Part shown: in pieces, positions 8,673-16,959 of the stretch | Numbering within the stretch: the stretch's first letter is position 1 | Layout of the letters: each line of letters begins with the position of its first letter | IMG/VR virus record: IMGVR_UViG_3300005077_000010 | Span: 1-64,000 of that record | Source of the DNA: a virus | Strand: one strand, 5' to 3' | DNA: 64,000 nt | Program-made: the position numbers and the translations under genes | Notes under the pieces: model-generated | Databases searched by the model: none | Seen by the model: the letters and a program-made list of their open reading frames with translations, nothing else | Told to the model about the DNA's origin: nothing

Positions 8673-10811
8673 TTATTCTCCTTTAATATAAATATCAGAT
8701 ATAGGAATATTTACAAACTGGTTATTTTGAATATTTCCTATTATATCTAGCCCATTAATATAAATTGCATAATCTTTAGGGCCGCTCAGATAATTATTTT
8801 CGATTAAGATGTTTTGATGTGCAGTAAGACCGTGCATATTTTTAGAATTAATTACTTCATCATTAATACGAATACAGTTAATATTAGGTTCGATAATTTG
8901 GTTTTTAAGATAGGAAGAATTATTTACCCAGCCAGCATTACGCCAAAAAATATAATTAGGTTCAGAAAGAATACCATTATCAGTATTTCTAATGAATAAA
9001 TTATTAAAGATAAGCGAATTATTACCGTTTGCTCTTATTCCGTTTGCTCTATTAGGACCGAAAATTGAATATGTAATTAAAGTATTAGGGCTATTATGTT
9101 CTGGAATATCCGCCCAAGAATTATCAGGAATAGAAGAATTAAGAGGTTCATTAATTGTTATATCATATCTCATATCGCCATCAACGTAATATAGTGGTGA
9201 CACGGAAGTAATTTGAACCGTCTGTAAAATTTCTCTAGTTATTGAAGATAGAATTCTTAAAGTATCTCCTGGTTTGTATAAGAAATCTAGTACGGGCCAT
9301 TTTCTATTTGGAGATAAAGTAAGATTAATATGGTTATTTGACATAATAGTATAAACAAGGCCAGAAGAATTAGCGCAGTCATCTCCCAAAAATTTAGCTT
9401 CTGCTCCTAAAACTATTGGGCCTTGACGAGTAACTCCAGCGTGAAAGCCATCTCTATTAGCAGAAAGTAATCTAGGCTCAGTTGCAGTTTCAGGTATAGG
9501 TCCAGGTTCAATTGAAATCCATTTATAATAAGTATTTGTAGCTCTTGATCCTCTATGTCTTACTACCATTCCTACAGTATTCCAAAATGTAACTTCTTTT
9601 ATTTCTAATTCTCCATCTAAATATATAGAATCAATAGTAGAAAGTCCATCTCCCGGTTCTTCAAATACAACTTTTAGATTAGGTTTTAAAGTTCCATCAG
9701 TATTTAATATCATTCTTTGCATATCAATTGCTGTTGGTTGTAGTAATTTAAGATATGTTCCTTCTACTTCAAATCCAGTTACAAATCCGAAACCGCTATT
9801 TTGTCTACTAAAAGAATAATGACCATTCAAATTAGGTTCAAATACAAAATAAGTATCAGCATTATGAAAAGAAGTTTGTGTTAATGGATTAGGATAGCCG
9901 TCATCTAATTCTATTATAATTTCACGTTTATCAGATATACCCGCACCTTCATATACAAAATCTATTACTTTGCCTTGTGTAAAAGTTAAAGGATTATAAT
10001 CAATAGTAAATCCTTGAAGTTTAATTTTTGTTGTACTGGCAGAATATTCCATATAAACAGCAGGAACTCTTGCAGTATAAGTTAATATTGCCCCATAACC
10101 ATAAATATTAATACTTTTAGTTGGGAGAATTGCGTGAGTTACATTATGGTTACCTGGAGGAATACACACATTTTCCCAGTCGTTATTTAAAGCATAATTA
10201 ATAAGACAATTAACAGGGTCATCAGAAGAAAGACAATGAGTATTAAAATAATTAAAACTATCAGTACAATCGATTTCTAGTAATAAATAAGGATCTTTAT
10301 CATAGGAATAATCTTTAAAAATTTCAATACCAGAAAGAAATGTAGGAGTATTTGGATTATTAGATAACCAGCGCATATTTAACATATTATCAGATACTTT
10401 TACAAATGGGATACTAATTGAAGATACTTGGTCATTTGGGATAGTAGCTGTATCAATAATAGTAGGCAATTCTTTTTCCATTCTAACTTCAATTATGCCG
10501 TCGTCAATATTATGAGGTTTAATGAAAAACAATTTAATTCTATAGTAACCATTATTAAGAGGAATATCATGTCCAATAAGATATTTTCTACTAGCTAACA
10601 CAATAGGATTACCATAAACGGAGTAGTAAATATTGTCTACTATATTAGCTCCAATTAAATAAGGAATATCCGACTCCCAAAAGTTATTATATTCGTCTGT
10701 AAATGATCCATAATCTCCGACATTAAGAGCTTTTATTGCAGGAGTTATTTCTGGGTCAGGGCAACCAAAACAAAAACAAAGTAATAGTAACGCGAAAAGG
10801 TATTTATACAT
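8673..10811 (-). CDS. secreted/lipoprotein: malectin-like domain plus right-handed beta-helix (GH110-like)
   Basis: signal peptide with Cys; malectin-like N-domain ending LSGIEI; NRDGFH...GDDCAN motif. Confidence 0.6.
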   Translation of the reverse strand: MYKYLFALLLLCFCFGCPDPEITPAIKALNVGDYGSFTDEYNNFWESDIPYLIGANIVDNIYYSVYGNPIVLASRKYLIGHDIPLNNGYYRIKLFFIKPHNIDDGIIEVRMEKELPTIIDTATIPNDQVSSISIPFVKVSDNMLNMRWLSNNPNTPTFLSGIEIFKDYSYDKDPYLLLEIDCTDSFNYFNTHCLSSDDPVNCLINYALNNDWENVCIPPGNHNVTHAILPTKSINIYGYGAILTYTARVPAVYMEYSASTTKIKLQGFTIDYNPLTFTQGKVIDFVYEGAGISDKREIIIELDDGYPNPLTQTSFHNADTYFVFEPNLNGHYSFSRQNSGFGFVTGFEVEGTYLKLLQPTAIDMQRMILNTDGTLKPNLKVVFEEPGDGLSTIDSIYLDGELEIKEVTFWNTVGMVVRHRGSRATNTYYKWISIEPGPIPETATEPRLLSANRDGFHAGVTRQGPIVLGAEAKFLGDDCANSSGLVYTIMSNNHINLTLSPNRKWPVLDFLYKPGDTLRILSSITREILQTVQITSVSPLYYVDGDMRYDITINEPLNSSIPDNSWADIPEHNSPNTLITYSIFGPNRANGIRANGNNSLIFNNLFIRNTDNGILSEPNYIFWRNAGWVNNSSYLKNQIIEPNINCIRINDEVINSKNMHGLTAHQNILIENNYLSGPKDYAIYINGLDIIGNIQNNQFVNIPISDIYIKGE

Positions 10812-10822
10812 TTTAAAAATCC

Positions 10823-11248
10823 TTAATACTTATAAATTTTAGTAGTTAAAGGTTGATTCTTTTTTAGTATTCCGATGGTGCAGTTTTCAAGTTCATTTTC
10901 AGAGATGGTAAAATAAACTGTTCTGATATTTACATAATTAATATAATCCATACAGTAGGGACAGGGTTTAGCCATTGTAAAATTACTTTCTGCGTCGAGT
11001 CTAACAACAAGCATACTACTACCTTTAAGAGTAGTTTTAGCTTTTAGAATAGCATCAGCTTCAGCGTGTATAGAGTTAGGATATCTTTTAAATTTAGGAT
11101 GGAGTTTACGTTTATGAGCAAGAGGTTTATTATAGCCAGTAGAGATAACTATATTTTTATCAAAGATAACCGCACCCATTTTTTGTTTATGAGGTGATTT
11201 AATTGCCTCCTGGTATGCTAGATTTAGTAGGGTGTTCAGACTCAGCAT
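10823..11248 (-). CDS. zinc-dependent cytidine/dCMP deaminase family protein
   Basis: HAE and PCxxC motifs. Confidence 0.9.
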   Translation of the reverse strand: MLSLNTLLNLAYQEAIKSPHKQKMGAVIFDKNIVISTGYNKPLAHKRKLHPKFKRYPNSIHAEADAILKAKTTLKGSSMLVVRLDAESNFTMAKPCPYCMDYINYVNIRTVYFTISENELENCTIGILKKNQPLTTKIYKY

Positions 11249-11633
11249 TTGTTTGTTCCTTTTCTTGAATAGGAATCCAATTAGGAGTTAAAGTATACAT
11301 AATCCGGGTCATTTTATTTATACGTTCTTTATTAGAAATATTTGATTGTAAAATACCTAGATATGCTAATCCAAATAATGATCCTAACTTTATTAATTCT
11401 TGTTCATTCATTTTAGCTAAGTCATCAATTGTAATTTTTAGATATGTATTGCTATCAAGATAAATAAAAATATTATTAATTTCTGTAACTGTATCCAAGT
11501 CCATAGTTAGGTTATCAAACATTACAACCTCGTTATTTACTAAACTTTCAGGATCAGACCTCGTACAGTGTAAATAAAAGACAGTGAATATACATAAACT
11601 AAGTACTGCTATAATAGTTGTAGTATAAGACAT
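11199..11633 (-). CDS. membrane-anchored protein coupled to the gasdermin-like gene
   Basis: TAATG overlap at 11631-11635; N-terminal TM; paralog of 3446-3817. Confidence 0.7.
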   Translation of the reverse strand: MSYTTTIIAVLSLCIFTVFYLHCTRSDPESLVNNEVVMFDNLTMDLDTVTEINNIFIYLDSNTYLKITIDDLAKMNEQELIKLGSLFGLAYLGILQSNISNKERINKMTRIMYTLTPNWIPIQEKEQTNAESEHPTKSSIPGGN

Positions 11634-12319
11634 TAATCTTCCTCCTCTAACCAAAAGCCTCTAGCGGCAAAAGGTACAGTAGGCTCACCTGATATTTCAA
11701 TAGTTTGAGAATTTTTTTGAGCGTATGTCAATGTTGATTGGATATTAACCGATTTAGCATAGTTGACAATTGCTTCAATATCGATTCCCTTTTCAAAAGT
11801 CCAACACAATTTAGTAGCATAAAAAGCTTCAGTAACTACAAAGTCATTTAATAGCCAGTTATACAATTTATTTTCAGGAGTAATTTCAGAGAATAGTTTG
11901 TAAATTTTGTAAGTCACACTAGGGTCATTAAATACTCTAGCTTGGATTTTTTCAATTTGAATTGTACACTTTTGGTTTTTATTAAATGTAGTAAGAACAT
12001 CTAATCCATATTGAGGGAGTTTTATATCACCCTTTATTGTTAAATTATGAGTTAATGTTTCCAATGCAATATTAGCTGGGAGAATTATTGAAGTATAATC
12101 TTCTGCATTTTCATTATTAAACAACTGATATACAAAGCCATTAAAGGCATGAATACTATGTTTCTTTTTATAAATACCTAAAGAGAATATTTTTTTAAGA
12201 TAGAATAATGTTCCTTTTTCCCACATTACATTTAGCACTGCTCCTGGTATAATATGGGAATGAGAAGGAGATAGCAGTTCAGCATTTAATGTTTTTTCCA
12301 TATATGTTTTTAGATCCAT
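11633..12319 (-). CDS. putative gasdermin-like pore-forming protein
   Basis: LLSPSHSHIIPGAVL, FVVTEAFYATKL and TIEISGEPTVPFAARG motifs with two amphipathic beta-hairpin regions in gasdermin order. Confidence 0.6.
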   Translation of the reverse strand: MDLKTYMEKTLNAELLSPSHSHIIPGAVLNVMWEKGTLFYLKKIFSLGIYKKKHSIHAFNGFVYQLFNNENAEDYTSIILPANIALETLTHNLTIKGDIKLPQYGLDVLTTFNKNQKCTIQIEKIQARVFNDPSVTYKIYKLFSEITPENKLYNWLLNDFVVTEAFYATKLCWTFEKGIDIEAIVNYAKSVNIQSTLTYAQKNSQTIEISGEPTVPFAARGFWLEEED

Positions 12320-12342
12320 AAGTATTTGTCCTTTTAGTAAAT

Positions 12343-12413
12343 TGCCCCCAAGTGGTTACGATCCACTGTAATACAATTATAAGTTGTACATTCTACCATT
12401 GAATTATGGGGGC
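12343..12413 (-). tRNA. tRNA-Ile (UAU)
   Basis: GCCCCCA/UGGGGGC acceptor, AUUC/GAAU D-stem, UACAA-CUUAUAA-UUGUA anticodon arm, AGUGG-AUCGUAA-CCACU T-arm; no encoded CCA. Confidence 0.9.
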
Positions 12414-12465
12414 TGTTTTACTTTTGTTTTAAATAATTAGATGTACCAATTACAGGGCGAAATTG

Positions 12466-12642
12466 TTACCTTGTTATTGAATTCCAAAGTTGTATTGCTA
12501 TTTCTTTTGGCATTTTATTAGCTGAAAATATTAAACCGCACTCCCAATTATCACACTCAACTTCCCAACTATCTACTTCATCATTATTATCAATTTGAAT
12601 ACTGGCAGACGCACCACATAAAGGACAGGGTAAAAGTTTCAT
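12466..12642 (-). CDS. Lar-like zinc-ribbon protein, paralog 2 (58 aa, not in the ORF track)
   Basis: MKLLPCPLCG...SWEVECDNWECG...AIQLWN, translated by hand. Confidence 0.75.
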   Translation of the reverse strand: MKLLPCPLCGASASIQIDNNDEVDSWEVECDNWECGLIFSANKMPKEIAIQLWNSITR

Positions 12643-12645
12643 AAT

Positions 12646-12969
12646 TTACTCCTTTACTTTTATACCCTTTACACCTAGAAGGGCAAATAGTTGTTGTACT
12701 GGTTTAGTTTCTGTTTCTACGGTAGTCATATTTAATGTTAATCCCGCCCAATAAGATGCTGAATATAAAAGTTTATCACTATTAAATCTTTCTACTTCAA
12801 ATTTATTTTCTTGTTTATTATAAAATGCCAGTTGAAATCCTAACAATGGATTTTTATATAAATCAGCTAATTCTTGACTATAAATTAAAACACGTTCGTT
12901 ATTTTTAGGTTGGCGTTTATTAATATTACACCAAGGGGCTACAATAGGAATTTTAAAAGCTTTACTCAT
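12646..12969 (-). CDS. DUF551-like hypothetical protein
   Basis: W..I..R.P....VL...SYW pattern. Confidence 0.5.
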   Translation of the reverse strand: MSKAFKIPIVAPWCNINKRQPKNNERVLIYSQELADLYKNPLLGFQLAFYNKQENKFEVERFNSDKLLYSASYWAGLTLNMTTVETETKPVQQLFALLGVKGIKVKE

Positions 12970-13154
12970 ATTTTACTTCCTCCAACCATTCTTCTAGTAT
13001 TCGTTTAATAATTAATTCCCAGTCATCTACATCAGTTAATTTACGTGTTCCTTTAATAATATCAGTAATTAGAGATACTGGAATTATGTGATATCTATTA
13101 TCTTCTGTTTGAATAATTAAATGAGGTCTATGTTCATCCAAGCTTATCAAATTA

Positions 13155-13616
13155 CTATGGTTGGATTCCTTCATATATTTGTCTTTCAGCAGGTTCAGTT
13201 AATAAAAATTCTTTAATAGGATATATTTCTACTACATCATATGAACTTAAAGCTAATCCATTTTTATTGTATGGGTTAGGATCATAAATTTGAGTTCCAT
13301 CCCAATAAATAGCATGAAATGAATCTTCTTCTCTTTGAGATCTAACTACAATATATGCTGGATTATTCTTTAATGAAAAAGATGTAGTTAACTTTGCGTT
13401 TTTTCTTACTGGGGATTTTACAGTATACCCACTTCCAATGTAAAATCCCCAGTGTAATAAGTAAGTAATAAAATCCTTGTCACTATAATTTTGTTTTTTT
13501 CCTATAATTTTTTCCACATCTTGTATTGTAGTGTGAGTAGCCATTGCCATTACGGCTCCTAAACAAATTTCCGATTCGGCTGGCTGTTTAATCGCTTTAA
13601 ATTTACGTTTAGTCAC
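13155..13616 (-). CDS. C39-like papain-fold cysteine peptidase
   Basis: Q-x6-C-LGAVMAM, HAIYWDG, IYDP catalytic arrangement. Confidence 0.7.
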   Translation of the reverse strand: MTKRKFKAIKQPAESEICLGAVMAMATHTTIQDVEKIIGKKQNYSDKDFITYLLHWGFYIGSGYTVKSPVRKNAKLTTSFSLKNNPAYIVVRSQREEDSFHAIYWDGTQIYDPNPYNKNGLALSSYDVVEIYPIKEFLLTEPAERQIYEGIQP

Positions 13617-13631
13617 TCATAGTATCTCCAT

Positions 13632-14213
13632 TTAAATTACTGGAGGTTCTATGCCATTAGCTAAATACCCTTGAACATATTTAATTTTCTTTAATACAGG
13701 ATGCAAAATATTCGTGTCTATATGTAAATAAAACTCTTTCATTTCTTGATTATTTTTACACTCATAAAGAATAATAGCATCATAAATCTTAAGACAAAAC
13801 ATATAAATATTTACTTGTAATATATGTTCACTTTTTGGTGTTGCTAAGTTGTTAAACCCCCAAGCGTTAATTGATTTAATTTCTAAAACATAACGTTTAT
13901 TGTTTATAATAACAATACCGTCAGCACTTCCACAAATTTCATATTTATCATGAATTACAGGAGCTTCAGTTTGTTCCATTATTCTTGCATCTTCCAAATA
14001 AAATTGAATTCTTTCGTGTACTCCCGTGCCATTATCAAAAATACGTAAAGTTTTAGAATCAAATTTTGTATTATTATCCCCGTTTAAATACAAATGATAT
14101 AATTCATAAGCTGATTTATGCAAACTTGAAGGGTGAAAACAGTTCTTCTTTCTATCATCTTTAGGTCGCTGTTGTAAGTAGTCATCTATTTTTGATATTA
14201 ACATTTTATTCAC
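13632..14213 (-). CDS. Cas4-like PD-(D/E)XK exonuclease
   Basis: HPSS, GxxxH, GSADG, LEIKS, QxxxY. Confidence 0.85.
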   Translation of the reverse strand: MNKMLISKIDDYLQQRPKDDRKKNCFHPSSLHKSAYELYHLYLNGDNNTKFDSKTLRIFDNGTGVHERIQFYLEDARIMEQTEAPVIHDKYEICGSADGIVIINNKRYVLEIKSINAWGFNNLATPKSEHILQVNIYMFCLKIYDAIILYECKNNQEMKEFYLHIDTNILHPVLKKIKYVQGYLANGIEPPVI

Positions 14214-14616
14214 TTCTAACTGTTAAATTAGTAGAACATCCCGGTACAGCATGAGTAAGTGTTCCTGTTACAACTTCAGTACAACAAATATCCTCTTCAG
14301 CTGTATCATTAAATTTAGCACACACTTTTACTTCTATAGTAGAATTACAAACTCCTACATAAGGAATAACTGTATTTGTTGTGGTTGTTAATACCCAATC
14401 TAATGTACCTTGAACACGAGTATAAACTTCATATATTAATTCAGTTTGTTGTTCACTAGGTATCGGTTTATTAGGATTATTAGTACAGGTATCAGGAATA
14501 ATAAAATATTGTGGAGCATCCCATGTTATTGTTCCTGTACAGTTTGTGTCCGCTCTAATGTATGCAGGAAATAAAAAAAATAAACAGATAGTAAATAAAC
14601 TAATTAATTTGAGCAT
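14206..14616 (-). CDS. secreted Cys-rich Fn3-like protein
   Basis: signal peptide, TITWDAP...Y.VY. Confidence 0.5.
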   Translation of the reverse strand: MLKLISLFTICLFFLFPAYIRADTNCTGTITWDAPQYFIIPDTCTNNPNKPIPSEQQTELIYEVYTRVQGTLDWVLTTTTNTVIPYVGVCNSTIEVKVCAKFNDTAEEDICCTEVVTGTLTHAVPGCSTNLTVRSE

Positions 14617-15117
14617 TAACGTCTGCATCAGCTTCTTCTCCCATTTGAATACGGGCATATAATGATTTAATTGTCTCATTTGCATATTCAGTTGCCATTA
14701 AAAGTTTATGAAGTTCTAATGAAGCTCCGTCAATTTGTTCCATTAATTTAGTTGATACTTTTGTAATTGAAGGATCTATACTACAAATATTATCTGATTG
14801 TAAAATAACTTCTAAATATGTTCGGCAAGCATCAAGAACTTGTTTAATTGGATGTGGAGGTAAAATTTCATCTTCATTCATCATTTTGTGACTCCTTATC
14901 ATTTAACATTTGCATAATAATATTAACTAAATACTCTATTACTTCTGGTGATTTAGAAACAAAATCTAAATCTCTTGATGTTTGAATTTTCATACATTGT
15001 TTAGGAGTCCAAGGATAAGGACTTAAAGTGTCTAAGTATTCTAAAATTGCAATCATATCCTTTTTTAATACCATTTTGCCTTTTGGAGAATCAAAATTAA
15101 TTTTACGGCTTATTACT

Positions 15118-15360
15118 TCACGAATTGTCATCAGTTATATACTCCTTTATAAGATCGCCAAAATGGATCATTAATTCTTCTGTAATTTCGCTTATAGGTT
15201 TATTTAATGTAAATAAAATGTTGATTACGTCTCTAATATAGGCTCCTCTAATTGTATATAAGTCTAAGTTACTTAATTTGTTTATAATCAGTTTTTCTTG
15301 TGCTTCTAATTGCAGTATTTCATTTTCTAACTTATCCTTTTTTGGCCTTCCTCTTCCCAT
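15118..15360 (-). CDS. small protein with N-terminal GRGRPKK motif
   Basis: AAGGAG RBS; first gene after the promoter at 15397-15425. Confidence 0.7.
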   Translation of the reverse strand: MGRGRPKKDKLENEILQLEAQEKLIINKLSNLDLYTIRGAYIRDVINILFTLNKPISEITEELMIHFGDLIKEYITDDNS

Positions 15361-15396
15361 TGTGTTCTCCTTCTAGTGTACTCTTTATATCCACTA

Positions 15397-15425
15397 CTAT
15401 ATCATATTCGGCGCGGTTTGTCAAG
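15397..15425 (-). promoter_or_regulatory. sigma70 promoter
   Basis: TTGACA-17-TATAGT; TACTTGAC context shared with the other minus-strand promoters. Confidence 0.75.
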
Positions 15426-15499
15426 TAGAAAATTTGAGGTTGATATATTATGCTGTTTTGTATATAATAACACATATACAAATAAAAAGGAATAGTATA

Positions 15500-16102
15500 A
15501 TGAATAAACAGCCTTTTTTGTCAATAATTACACGATGCTATAAACGCCCGCAATTACTACAAAATAATATAAAATCAGTTAAATGTCAGACAGATCCCGA
15601 CTATGAACAAATATTTATAGTAGACAAAGTAGGGCATGGTTTAGCCGCAGCAGATCAGGCTTTAAATAAATATAAAGAATATGTAAATGGTAAGTTTGTA
15701 ATGGTTTTAGATGATGATGATCGTATAAAAGATTCCAAATTTATTGAACTTATAAAGAGTAATAGTACAGCCGATATTATAATTTGGCGTGGGCAGTTTA
15801 AAGATCCTAATACAGTTTTACCACCTCTTGATGAAAATTGGAAATATAAAGTAGTAAAAACTCAAATAGGATCATTTAATTATGCTGTAACAAATAAATT
15901 ATTTAAGAAGTATATTCACGTATGTTTTTCTGGAGAGACAGGAGACTTTGATTTTATTTCTTGTTTATTTAATCAGAAGCCTTTTCCCAAAATAATATGG
16001 CTTGAAAATATATTTGTAGAATGTCAAATTAAGGGTAAGGGTATCCGCGTTACTAGTATTGAGCAACGCGGACACCACAGGATATTAAGACGTTCTAAGT
16101 AA
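15500..16102 (+). CDS. GT2-family glycosyltransferase, paralog of 35040-35606
   Basis: SIITRCY, VLDDDD, GDFDF motifs; lone plus-strand gene in the arm. Confidence 0.85.
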   Translation: MNKQPFLSIITRCYKRPQLLQNNIKSVKCQTDPDYEQIFIVDKVGHGLAAADQALNKYKEYVNGKFVMVLDDDDRIKDSKFIELIKSNSTADIIIWRGQFKDPNTVLPPLDENWKYKVVKTQIGSFNYAVTNKLFKKYIHVCFSGETGDFDFISCLFNQKPFPKIIWLENIFVECQIKGKGIRVTSIEQRGHHRILRRSK

Positions 16103-16421
16103 TTTCTATTTGTTTTGGTACATTAGTCAGGGGTATTAAAGTTAAAATTAATACTCCATTTTCTACAGTTGCTTTAATTTCTTTAGTAGCCATATCAGGT
16201 AAACGTACATCTATGTCTATTAAAGGTACATATGTAGGCAGTTTATCTTTTATGCTTTTAATAGTAATATACTCTGCGTCATCAACTGTAATATTTAATG
16301 TTTCTTTAGAATGCCCGACTACATTTAGATATTTAATTAAGTTAGAGTCTTGTTTTAGCCACCCATGAGATTTGCTATAACGCCTTTCAGGTAAATAGAA
16401 AAATTCATCAAATAAAGACAT
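16095..16421 (-). CDS. Hsp20/alpha-crystallin family protein
   Basis: LP...IKATVENGVL.L......IEI. Confidence 0.8.
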   Translation of the reverse strand: MSLFDEFFYLPERRYSKSHGWLKQDSNLIKYLNVVGHSKETLNITVDDAEYITIKSIKDKLPTYVPLIDIDVRLPDMATKEIKATVENGVLILTLIPLTNVPKQIEIT

Positions 16422-16491
16422 ATTGAGTTTCCTCCTATATTTGTTTATTGTCTAAAGTAGAAGATAAGTATAAATAAATAGAAGTCAACCC

Positions 16492-16959
16492 TTATTCTTT
16501 AATTTTTAATGAATAGATACGCTGTTTTTTTACAACTGGTCTATATGAATTAGGCTTGATAGGAGACATTGAAATTTTCTGTTTACTATCTAATACAAAC
16601 TTATTATAAGAAGAAAACAATTCCGGTGTTTCAATAGCAGTTATTAGATTATTTAGCATAGAAACAGCGGAGTTTTTTAGTAAATTAAAAGCGCGTTCAG
16701 CAATTAAATTGTTTTTCATAGGTAGTTTACTGATACCGTCACAAATAAAATGCCCGCCAAAAAAATAAATAGGACAATATCCGCAAGTACCAGTTAAATC
16801 GGCCTTTTTAAAATTTAGTTTAACGCAGGATCTAATATAAATACATAAAGCACAAGGGGAAGTATAATTAAAATTTGTATTATACTCGTTAGTTTCCCAA
16901 GTTTTAAGAGTAGACTGCAAAACATCTAGTAGTTTTTGTTGTTCAATAGGTGTATACAT
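16492..16959 (-). CDS. Cys-rich hypothetical protein
   Basis: CALC...CGYCP...C. Confidence 0.65.
   Translation of the reverse strand: MYTPIEQQKLLDVLQSTLKTWETNEYNTNFNYTSPCALCIYIRSCVKLNFKKADLTGTCGYCPIYFFGGHFICDGISKLPMKNNLIAERAFNLLKNSAVSMLNNLITAIETPELFSSYNKFVLDSKQKISMSPIKPNSYRPVVKKQRIYSLKIKE

Noticed and set aside
13632-14213. Cas4-like nuclease as a sign of a CRISPR-Cas system
   Set aside because: No repeat-spacer array or other cas genes are visible; solo Cas4-like nucleases are common in phages
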